Assembly: GCF_001194135.2 (NCBI RefSeq)
Contig: NC_068994.1
Location: 52,074,096-52,138,095 of the forward strand
Length of the DNA stretch: 64,000 bases
From: Octopus bimaculoides
Lineage: Eukaryota
Direction: 5' to 3'
A program made the position numbers and the translations under genes. The notes under the pieces were generated by a model, which saw only the letters and a program-made list of their open reading frames with translations, was not told where the DNA came from and did not search any database. Positions 53,325 through 64,000 of this stretch are shown here, piece by piece; positions within the stretch are counted from its first letter, which is position 1, and the number at the start of each line of letters is the position of its first letter.

Positions 53325-53725
53325 TTTATTCTTTTATTCTTTTACTTGTTTCAGTCATTTTGACTGCGGCCATGCTGGAGCACCGCCTTGAAGTATTTTT
53401 GGTCGAGTGAATCGACCCCAGTACTTATTTCCTTTTAAATCCTGGTCCTTATTCTATCGGTTTCTTTTTGCCGAACCGCTATGTTACGGGGACGTAACAT
53501 GACAACACTGTTTGTCAATCAGTGATGGGAGAGACAAACAAAAACACAAAGACACACACATAACCACACTCACACACACAAACACACACACACATATATA
53601 TACGACGGGCTTCTTTCAGTTTCTGTCTACCCAATCTACGCACAAGGCCTTGGTCAGTCCGAGGCTATTGTAGCAGACACCCATGCAAGGTGCTACGCAG
53701 TGGTACTGAACCCAGAACCAAGATT
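53325..53725 (-). mobile_element. SINE family A, lacking the extreme 5' head
   Basis: TTTTATTCT tandem tail, GACTGCGGCCATGCTGGAGCACCGCC, internal (AC)n, ATACGACGGGCTTCTTTCAGTTTC. Confidence 0.88.
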
Positions 53726-54169
53726 CTTATGTACGCCTGTTAGAAAATATAGAAAAAAATACGAAGAGTAAATATGAAAAAAAAGACTTTGATTAATGGT
53801 GTGGTGTTTGGTATGAGATCTTCATGTAGTATTTACTCTAGGGTAATTCATGGTACATTTAACGTTCTTTTCAACACATGCCCAATCAACTAATCAACCG
53901 AATGATTATACGTGTTCTCCGGGGTTTGACTTATGATTCCTATCGGCAAAATATCTTCGTTTTTTTTTTCGAGTGAAATCAGTTGACAAGAAATATGTAT
54001 TTCATACGGTAGAATGATCCACAGAGAAGTCGTAATCGGCTGAAGCACTTTAAGAAATTCTCTTTGAAGATTTGTTTTCTTCTTCCTATGCTTAGCAGTG
54101 TTGTGTTCGAATCACATCTTCCTGTCAACTTAGTCCACGATAAAAGAAGTCTTCAATCCTTATCGTCGA

Positions 54170-54338
54170 AGTTGCCATCATTCAACATCGTCCACGTCAT
54201 CAATTATTATAATAGTCGTTACCATCATAAATAACGCCATCATCGTCGACGCCATCCTCCTCCTCCTCCTCCTCCTCCTCCTCCTCCTCAGCATCATCAT
54301 CATCATCATCATCCTTCTCATCATCATCCTCATCATCC

Positions 54339-54369
<31 letters not shown>

Positions 54370-54660
54370 CCTCCTCTTCCATTTTTCTCCTTCTCCCCAC
54401 TTCCTCCTTTTCTTCATTATCATTCTCATCGTCGTCGTCGTTGTCCTCCTCACTACCATCGTCAGCAACATTGTCATCATCATCGCCATCATTATGATCA
54501 TGATCATCATCATCATCATTATGATGATCATCATCATCATCATCATCCACAACTACAAAACAGCAACGTCACTAGGATTTAACAGATTTCCATCCCCACT
54601 GATGATATTATACTACCACTTAAATCAAGTAGACAATAGCAACAACAACAATAAGAACTA

Positions 54661-54705
<45 letters not shown>

Positions 54706-55000
54706 TAATATACTGCTCTCCCCACCACCACAACCACCTTTACCAGCAACACCACCTTCTGCACCACCCACACCAGAATGACCATCGTCATTACCATCAC
54801 GCCGACAGTATCCTTCTCATCCCCACCACTACTACTACCATCATCGCAATCATCACCACCACCAATAACACTACCACCATTACCTGCTGCACCACCAATA
54901 GTACCACCAATACCACCACCACCACTACCACCACAGTCTGCACAACTACCAGAACCATCACCTCCAAACCACCTCCAAAACTTCTAATACCAGAATCTTC
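54170..55000. repeat. Degenerate trinucleotide low-complexity tract (CAT/CCT/TAC/CAC)
   Basis: Visible triplet runs; poly-D/E, poly-M and poly-P ORFs are compositional. Confidence 0.9.
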
Positions 55001-55523
55001 ACAAATTAAACTAAACAACGTACAAAAAAAGCCATGACTACAGCATAAACACTACAGCATCAGATGGCGCTCAAGCTCATCCCAGCACCAGCTCACCTCC
55101 ACGCCACACCGCGCCGCACCGCGCCGCACAATGCCACGCCAGACCACAACATAACACGCAAAAACTACTTCGTGGTTCTTAGTACATCTTTACGTACATT
55201 AGCTGATGTAAAGTTTGTGGAAAACGAACAACGCTGTGACTCGATTAGCCTTAGGCCAAAATGTTTTTAAAATATTGGAAAAGTTGATCTGAGCCGTTGC
55301 TGGTGCGAAGCACATACATACATACATACATACACACATGTATACACACACACACACACACACACGCACACACACACACATACACACACTAACTCATACG
55401 TACGTGCGCACCACCAACCTACGCACATGCGCGTACGCATACGCACGCGCACACACTTGTACTAGCTTAACGTATAGAAGTATGTTGTATATATATGTCT
55501 ATATATATATATATATATATGTT

Positions 55524-55565
<42 letters not shown>

Positions 55566-55641
55566 CATATATTTATATACGNNNNNNNNNNNNNNNNNNN
55601 NNNNNNNNNNNNNNNNNNNNNNNNNNNNNNNNNNNNNNNNN

Positions 55642-55691
<50 letters not shown>

Positions 55692-55933
55692 TCATGCATA
55701 TATGTTATAAATATCTATATGTATCCATTTACGTATATCTATTTATACACACGCACACACATATACATTTAGCATATATAAACACATGCACACACATACA
55801 TACGTAGGAACAACTAAATTCAATGTATTAAGACAAGCCCTAATGTAATGTAAGCTTGAAGAGTTTCTAGAAAACCAGATGGTCACTATCGATCTATGTC
55901 ATACAGTTTCAAGGCGAGATATTTAAGAGCTGA

Positions 55934-55993
<60 letters not shown>

Positions 55994-56045
55994 CTCTACT
56001 TAGCAGTCGTTAGCAATCATTCTACATTTTGCTTGATTTAAATTG

Positions 56046-56095
<50 letters not shown>

Positions 56096-56488
56096 ACACA
56101 CACACACACACACATATATGTTTAAATACCGCACATAATTTTCTGCTTACCTACCAGAATATCTATCTATCTATCTATCTAAATTTTTCATTGCAAGTTT
56201 TCCCCGTATTAGACATATTTCGTTCAAAAATTTTTTAACACACGCGCTAAAGAGCGTCGGAGTTCAAATGCTGCAGCGTTCAACTCAGCTGTTAGTCCTC
56301 GTGGGATTAATGAATTAAAGTACCGCTCGCATAAACACCCATTGGGTCTCCGTAAAATTTCCGCGCATCGAAATTGGTTCCCAGGCTTTAAATCCGTCCA
56401 ATGCTACAGTAGCGGGAATTGAACACTGAATCTGTTGATCGCAAAGCAGGCGCCTTAACTTACTGCCATACTTGCATCCACTCATCTC

Positions 56489-56560
<72 letters not shown>

Positions 56561-56910
56561 NNNNNNNNNNNNNNNNNNNNNNNNNNNNNNNNNNNNNNNN
56601 NNNNNNNNNNNNNNNNNNNNNNNNNNNNNNNNNNNNNNNNNNNNNNNNNNNNNNNNNNNNNNNNNNNNNNNNNNNNNNNNNNNNNNNNNNNNNNNNNNNN
56701 NNNNNNNNNNNNNNNNNNNNNNNNNNNNNNNNNNNNNNNNNNNNNNNNNNNNNNNNNNNNNNNNNNNNNNNNNNNNNNNNNNNNNNNNNNNNNNNNNNNN
56801 NNNNGTATGTGCATGCAGATGTGTGGTTGTGCGTGTGTGTGTTTGTGTGTGTGTGTGCGTGTGTGTGAATGTGTGCGTGCAGATACGTGAATGTGTGTGT
56901 GTGCAGGTGT

Positions 56911-56949
<39 letters not shown>

Positions 56950-57896
56950 TGTGTGTGTGTGTGTGCGTGAATGCGAGCGGGCAGATGCATGAATGTGTAC
57001 GTGCAGGTGTGTGATCGTGTGCGCGCGCGTGCAGGTGTGTTTGTGTGTGTATAGGGGAAGAAAAAAAGAAATATCCGGAGATGAGAGGGTCGATTGTTAC
57101 GTTACGTTGATTACGTAGACTGCAGCTGACGTTGACCTCAAGTTTTAGTTTATTTTCGTAGCACTTTGTACTTCTGTATTGATTTCTGTGCGACTAAAAT
57201 CATACTTCCGTTTCTTTTTCTGTGTAATTGTTGGCGTCCATATTGGCTCGCTTCCTCTCTGTCCAGTCTTCAAGAATAATGACCATTGAAATGTTTTTTT
57301 TCTTTCTCTCTTTGCCTTTTAGTAGTTTTTAAATTTAGTTAAATGTTATATGTCTTTTCTACGTTTTTGTTTTCAAAATTTTTTGTTGAATTTTCCCCTT
57401 ATATCAAGTTAATTTCTTTGTTCCACAATGTAATGAGCTTTCAGTTCTTGTTTTTATTTGATTAGTTTGTTGTGGTATTGAACTGACAAAATCTTGCAAG
57501 ATTAGGCACAACTTTTTCAATTCTGAGTTCAAATCCTATTGGGGATGGTCGTTACCTTTAATGTCACTCCGATGTCGACAAGCCACATTTCCATAGAAGG
57601 ACTAGAATCAGGTTAATCGACTCTCTCCCTCTTCCATATTTGTGGTTTTGTGTCTATATACACAAACATCATTCTTTCACGTCTTTGTGTTTTTTGGACT
57701 ACGGTCATGCTAGGGCACGCCATGAAACATATTCGTCATTGCTGATAGCATTTGAACTTGCGCGAAGTTACCCAAATGAATTTCTATTCCATCGCCTTAA
57801 CACAACGGTTACTTATATAAAAATAACTGGAAGAGTAGATTTCTGGTTCTCCTACGTAGTTTCTGTTCTTTTTTTGCAGTTTACTTATCTGCATGT

Positions 57897-58007
57897 GGAG
57901 GCGCAATGGTCCAGTGGTTAGGGCAGCAGACTTGCGGTCATAGGATCGCGGTTTCCATTCCCAGGCCGGGCGTTGTGAGTGTTTATTGAGCGAAAACACC
58001 TGAAGCT
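57897..58007 (+). mobile_element. tRNA-derived SINE head (family E), truncated by a SINE A copy
   Basis: GGCGCAATGGTCCAGTGGTTAGGGC A-box; degenerate B-box GGTTTCCATTCCC; continues into non-tRNA body. Confidence 0.7.
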
Positions 58008-58187
58008 GTGGCCATGCTGGAGCACCACTTTTAGTCGAGCAAATTGACCCCAGGACTTATTCTTTGCAAGCCTAGTACTTATTCTATCGGTCTCTTTTGC
58101 CGAACCGCTAAGTGACGGGGACGTAAACATACCAGCATCGGTTGTCAAGCGATGTTGGGGGGACAAACACAGAAACACAAACATATG

Positions 58188-58222
<35 letters not shown>

Positions 58223-58388
58223 ATATATACGACGGGCTTCTTTCAGTTTCCGTCTACCAAATCCATTCACAAGGCTTTGGTCGTCCCGAGGCTATAGTAG
58301 AGGACACTAGCCCAAGGTGCCACGCAGCGGGACTGAACCCGGAACCATGTGGTTCGTAAGCAAGCGACTTACCACACAGCCACTCCGT
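58008..58388 (-). mobile_element. SINE family A, well-preserved copy
   Basis: Head GGAGTGGCTGTGTGGTAAGTCGCTTGC...CCGGGTTCAGTCCC on minus strand, internal (AT)n, body to GGCCAC. Confidence 0.92.
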
Positions 58389-58870
58389 TGGGTGAAAGTA
58401 TTTTGTCCAGTCTTAAAGTATTAAAACATTGAGTTCATGATCGCCAGATCGTGAGTTCGACTCTAGAGCTGGAGTCTAGGACTGGATGATGCTTTGCGGA
58501 GCAAATACTTCATTGGCTGTTACTACAGTCCCTTTAGCTAAAAGCAACCAGAAGCAATTGCTGCGAATTAACTCTGCAACATATTAAAGGTCAGTTCAGT
58601 AGGTACTGACCTTTAATATCCATCGTGTAAACGTCTCGAAAATTTAAATAACCTGTAACCTCATGAACATGTAGAGACGAGGCAGACAGCCCTATCTTGA
58701 ACTACAGTATCTGTCCTTCCCGTTTTGAAGATGGTTGGGTGTAATTTCAGAGAGATTTGACTGTTATTGTTAAGCGTCAAACCCCCATGTAGAGCCTCAA
58801 ATATTTTTGACTGTGCAGTGTGTCTCGTTAGATGTGCAGATTTTATGAATTAACTGAATGCTGTTTCATC

Positions 58871-59650
58871 CTGGAATCGGCGACGGTGTCGTTATCAAGC
58901 ATCCGCTCATCTTGTACATGATACCAACCATTGTAAATAAAATTAGATATTAGTCATATATTAACAATGTAATAATTTCATCATTTATAATTTTTAAAGT
59001 AAATACTAAAATGTTTATTAAAATCCTTGTCGATTTAACAAATCATTTTGATGAAAGTATATAAAAATACAAAGGACGATGATGATGGAGAAGAAGTTGG
59101 TGCTGATGAAGAAGATGAATGAGAAAATGAGAAATGTAAAGGGAAAATACGAAGAAAAATAACGAATCTGGAATGTAAGGAAATAATGATAATGGTAGTA
59201 AAATATTAATACTACCAATAATAATCCGGTTGGAATCGAAACGGCGTTGTTGACATGCGTACATTAGAAATTCCTTTTTATTCTCATGATGCCAATCATT
59301 GTAAACATAATTAAATATTAGCTACATATTAACGATGTAATAATATTATGATTTGTAAATTTTTTGAGTAAATATTACAATGTTTATTAAAATCCTTGTC
59401 GATTCAACAAAACCCATTTCGTTGAAAGCGAAAATAAAGAGAGAAAATACAAACGAAGAAGAAGAAAGGGAAAAATGATGATGAAGAAGAAGAAGAGTAA
59501 GAAGAAGAAGAAAAAGAAGAAGAGGAGAAAGGAAACTAGAAGATAGGAGGGGGAGAACATGAAGATGGTGTTGAATAAGAACGAAATGAAGAAGAGAAAA
59601 TGAAGAAAAGGGCGGAGAAAATATGAAAGCAAATAAAATAATAATAATGA
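58871..59650. repeat. Old ~360-bp direct tandem duplication
   Basis: TGGAATCG at 58872 and 59231; shared AATGTTTATTAAAATCCTTGTCGATT.AACAAA, each followed by a GAA/GAT-rich tract. Confidence 0.8.
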
Positions 59651-59862
59651 TTTCTTTCCGGTTTTGGCTCAAGTTCAGCAGTTTTTAGAGGAGGGGTAAT
59701 TTGGTCATATCGACCCCAGTACATGTCTGGTATTTTAAATTGTTGATCAGGGAAGAATGAAAAGCATCGTATGCCTCGGTGGGATTTGTACTTTGAACGT
59801 CAAGTCTGATGAAATACCGCTTAGCATTTCGTCCAGCGCGCTAACGATTCTACCGGCTTACT

Positions 59863-59908
<46 letters not shown>

Positions 59909-60193
59909 CAACAACAACAATAATGATATTGATTTCAAATTTTGGTACAAGACCAGCTATTTCGAGAGTAAGCGGATTTCTACCATAGGCACAAGGCCTG
60001 AAATTTGTGGGGAGGAGACTAGTCGATTAGATCGACCACAATGTTTCACTGGTATTATTTTATCGACTGCGAAGAATGAAAGGCAAAGTCGACCTTGGCG
60101 GAATTTGAACTCAGAAATTAAAGACAGACGAAACGCCGCTAAGCATTTTTTTTTGTTCTGACATCCTAACGATTCTGCCAGCTCGCCGCCTTA
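59650..60193 (-). mobile_element. Cluster of SINE B copies separated by (TAA)n
   Basis: Copies at ~59650-59860 and ~59985-60193 plus an extra tail piece at ~59930-59970. Confidence 0.8.
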
Positions 60194-61039
60194 ATGATAA
60201 AAATAACAACAACAATATTAATAGTAATGGTCATGATTTTCATGAGGATGGTGATGATATTATTATAATCATGATGATAATTATAAAATGATGAACAAAA
60301 GAAAGAAAACAAAAACAACGAAATAATGAATAGAAGTAAGAAAAATATGCTCAAAAACACCAACCAACAAACAAGGATTAACTTGAAAGCGCCAAAACCT
60401 GAGTGGAAGTAATAATAAGACCTCAAATAAAATAAATACCTAAATGAATAAATAAATAGGCGAATACGGCAATGGAGAACGTCTCCAGTGAAGCTTAACA
60501 AGTTGTAATAATTTATTTCGGATTCTTTGCGATGTATGATTACCATTTTTCCATATCTTCCCTATTTTGTTTCTATCTTTAAATGTGTTTGTTACTATTT
60601 CCTGTTCATTTTCAAATTCTTTGCATGTTTATTTCTCTTCCATTTCGTTTTCTTTTTCGCTTTTCGGTGTTTGTTAATTACGTGTTAGTGGTTAAAGAAG
60701 ATAGTGAAAAAAACCCGCAAAAAACATATCAAATTGTAACAACATTGGTGATCATGATTCTTGTTTAAGGCATTTACAACGTGAACAAAATACGTGTACA
60801 ACCGAGACTCGAAAACTACTGCAAGCAAACCAAGAACTGTGTTTTTCTATGGCATTTACCACTCGATAGTAACTATGGCGAAAAATAAAATCTGCTTGAA
60901 CATTCGCAAATTCAACCTGGTCATCGAGTATTATCTGCCCCTTTATAACACTGCTCACTCAGCAGGGATTGCCCTGCTAATAGCTATTTCATCGTGGAGA
61001 GAGGCAGCCCGACACATCGAGTTATCTACTTTTATGTGC

Positions 61040-61835
61040 ACCACGCTAACAATTCTTATTTCTGTATTGCCCACAAGGGGCTAAACATAGAGGGGGCAGA
61101 CAAGGACAGACAAAAGGATTAAGTCGATTACATGGACCCCAGTGCGTAACTGGTACTTAGTTTATCGACCTCGAAAGGATAAAAGGCAAAGTCGACCTCG
61201 GCGGAATTTGAACTCAGAACGTAACGGCAGACGAAATACCGCTAGGCATTTCGCCCGACGTGCTAACCTTTCTTATTTCTTTATTGCCCACAAAGGGCTA
61301 CACACAGAGGGGGCAGACAAGGACAGACAAACGGATTAAATCAATTATATCGACCCCAGTGCGTAACTGATACTTATTTAATCGACTCCGAAAGGATGAA
61401 AGGCAAAGTCGACCTCGGCGGAATTTGAACTCAGAACGTAACGGCAGACGAAATACCACTAAGCATTTCNNNNNNNNNNACTGGTACTTAGTTTATCGAC
61501 CTCGAAAGGATAAAAGGCAAAGTCGACCTCGGCGGAATTTGAACTCAGAACGTAACGGCAGACGAAATACCGCTAGGCATTTCGCCCGACGTGCTAACCT
61601 TTCTTATTTCTTTATTGCCCACAAAGGGCTACACACAGAGGGGGCAGACAAGGACAGACAAACGGATTAAATCAATTATATCGACCCCAGTGCGTAACTG
61701 ATACTTATTTAATCGACTCCGAAAGGATGAAAGGCAAAGTCGACCTCGGCGGAATTTGAACTCAGAACGTAACGGCAGACGAAATACCACTAAGCATTTC
61801 GCCCGGCGTGCTAACGTTTCTGCCAGCTCGTCTCC
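61040..61835 (-). mobile_element. Head-to-tail SINE B array, 217-bp period (partly inflated by assembly overlap)
   Basis: GCTAAC at 61045 and 61262, and at 61593 and 61810; 61480-61799 repeats 61150-61469 across a 10-N gap. Confidence 0.88.
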
Positions 61836-62039
61836 GAACACTGGTTCATAATAACGGTGGCAAAGAAAGCGTATTCATTTGAAATCAGAAGTTCTGCTCG
61901 ACTTCCTTACAACCACGTGCGTATCTGCGTGTGTAGGTGTGTGTATGCAAGAGTGTCTAGTAGCAGCAGCAGTAGTAGCGGCATGAGTTGTGGTGATGGT
62001 GGCAATAAAATAAAAACGGGACTCATATTCATGGTTGTC

Positions 62040-62217
62040 TTTTTTTCTTTTATTCGTTTCAGTCATTTGACTGCAGCCATGCTGGAGTACCGCCTTTAGT
62101 CAAACAAATAGACCCCAGGACTTATTCTTTGTTAGCCTAGTACTTATTCTACCGGTCTCTTTTGTCGAACCGCTAAGTTACGGGGACGTAAACCCACCAA
62201 CATCCGTGTCAAGCGAT
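62040..62217 (-). mobile_element. SINE family A, 3' half
   Basis: TTTCAGTCATTTGACTGCAGCCATGCTGGAGTACCGCCTTTAGTC...CGCTAAGTTACGGGGACGTAAAC. Confidence 0.85.
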
Positions 62218-62400
62218 ATATATATATATATGTATATATTGTATAAAAGATCGTGGGTAAGGCCAAAACAATGCGAAGTAAATGCAAGGTGAATCACAAG
62301 AAAAGAAATATGTGAATTAATGTAGGCTTACCTTGTATTCAATATTTCGGGTTTGTGACCCCATTTTCACGAAATTGACGAATGTAATTATTCTATTATA

Positions 62401-62465
<65 letters not shown>

Positions 62466-63109
62466 TATAAGGAAGTAGTGTGTTACTTGAAAAAGAATTA
62501 CCTGTTGTTTCTAGTGGATCAAGTGACTCGTAAAAGCTCCTTCCCTGGTTCGTACATATCCCTGATGTTTAAAAGTGGTTAGCGGTGATTGACAATGGTT
62601 AACAGTGGTTAACAATGTATGATAACTTTAGAAAGGAATATAATTCTTGCTATATATTTCCCGATATATATCTATTTTATTATCTGTTTTCTTATTGACA
62701 TTAGCATTTGCTAGTTCAGCAAAATAGATAGATAAGTAAATAAATTAATATCGATAATAATTATAATATATCATATATAATAAGAAATAAACATATAAAT
62801 GTAAAAATAAAAACAGTATACTAATAATGAAAAACAAAGCATACATAAAATAAAAATAACAACCAAACAATGTAAACAACATCAAAAATTAAATATTAAA
62901 AAATAAAAATGAATATAAAAATAAAAAAATAAAGAAAGCTGTCGAAACAATGTTAATCAACATTAAAAACTAATCAATTTCCTATAATTCATTTCTCTGC
63001 TGTCTTGTCATCAATGGAGCGGGCTCTGCTTGCTTTGCTTCAATTCTGTTTTAATTAAAAACAAAGAAGAGGAAAACCTAACATTAATTTGACAATAGCG
63101 TTAATTGGA

Positions 63110-63340
63110 TTGGTCGAGCAGTTTGACACCTACCAGAGGAATCTCTATATAGTTGCTCGACCTGCTAGAAATAGCTGCCAAAGATATCTCAAATAACACC
63201 TCATCTTGGTATATGTAAACGGAAGGAAGACACACGAGATAAATACAGCACTGGATAAGTAAAAATACAGGAAAACATTATTTTAGAACTTTTGATGACA
63301 GGGCTCATGGATTAACGCTAATCTGGGGATAAACAACGAA
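63110..63340 (+). mobile_element. Old dispersed repeat D
   Basis: GTTGCTCGACCTGCTAGAAATAGCTGCCAAA...GCTAATCTGGGGATAAACAAC. Confidence 0.6.
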
Positions 63341-63528
63341 TAGTATCAGCAACTACAGAAGTTAACTTCTTGACAAAGAACATTCTTTCGAAATCTGTTT
63401 TCAACCCCCCAGGTTTAGGAATATCTAAAAGAAAGCTTAGTAAAAATAAAAGAAAATATCCGAGATTTTTGTCAGGAACGAAGCACGATCGGACTAAAGG
63501 ATGTTATCTTCACTGACGAGATAAAGTC

Positions 63529-63587
<59 letters not shown>

Positions 63588-63590
<3 letters not shown>

Positions 63591-63988
63591 CCCTGATGCA
63601 GTACCAGACAGTAGATCTCATAGCTTCTGATCTTAAATAACTGGAAGTTTTGGGGAGCATCATAGCCATGTGTTGGGAGGAATTCTTTGGTGGGTTGGAT
63701 AATTCATCTCTGGAAACATGGGTGTTTCTTTCAACATCCTCAAACAACTCTTATTCAGGGACATTTTGAGCAGGATGGGCTACTCGACCTGAAGAAAATG
63801 CTAACTGGGCTCCACCTGCAAGGTCATGCGCTGTTAATTTTGATAGGAGATCACCGTGTCGCGCACATATGGTTGTGATGCATGTGCCTGGTGTACCCTT
63901 ATCAGACGGGTAGTCATGATGGGTATAATGGGTTTCGTATATTTTACCCCAGTGTCACTTTGATGGCATGCACTGTTCTCTCACTCAG
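63588..63988. mobile_element. (TAA)n-flanked ~400-bp element of unassigned class (possibly UTR of a TAA-targeting LINE)
   Basis: High-complexity block with TAA repeats at both ends; 63651-63686 also occurs at 44075-44111. Confidence 0.6.
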
Positions 63989-64000
63989 TAATAATAATAG

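Noticed and set aside
54178-55018. Acidic poly-D/E, poly-M and proline-rich ORFs
   Set aside because: Degenerate trinucleotide tract, open in several frames on both strands; no splice context or domain
57897-57975. Possible tRNA genes (also 3036, 24797, 33103, 43700)
   Set aside because: A/B boxes present, but acceptor stems do not close and each continues into a SINE body
61480-61799. Third and fourth units of the SINE array
   Set aside because: Repeat of 61150-61469 across a 10-N gap; counted as assembly overlap, not as extra evidence for the junction
61040-61835. Regularly spaced repeats resembling a CRISPR array or satellite
   Set aside because: Units are whole 217-bp SINE copies without unique spacers; eukaryotic context, no cas genes

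Overview
AT-rich, microsatellite-saturated eukaryotic non-coding DNA (large intron or intergenic) from a gapped assembly: 15 N-runs, most bordered by (AT)n, (AC)n or (TAA)n. The repeat landscape most resembles an octopus/coleoid cephalopod genome; this is inference, no database was searched. No host protein-coding gene is recognisable, and most ORFs in the track are microsatellite or N-gap artefacts. The window is a transposon graveyard. It holds several tRNA-derived SINE families (called A-E here), relics of RLE-type (R4/Dong-like) LINEs in (TAA)n tracts, CR1/L2-type LINE 3' ends, and decayed mariner, Tc1-like, pogo/Tigger and hAT transposase fragments. The most interesting signal is a set of minimal type-I hammerhead ribozyme motifs of the kind known from Penelope-like elements: 32967-33012 (-), 28893-28929 (+, A6U core variant), 32214-32257 (-) and a relic at 4273-4319 (-). 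All have a palindromic helix III, which suggests dimeric cleavage. One forms the tail of a tRNA-head/(TAA)n/ribozyme composite that may be a ribozyme-carrying SINE. Also notable are SINE concatemers with an invariant tail-to-head junction at two independent loci, a long fold-back element in two copies, and several perfect short hairpins. SINE and relic boundaries are approximate (about 10-30 bp).
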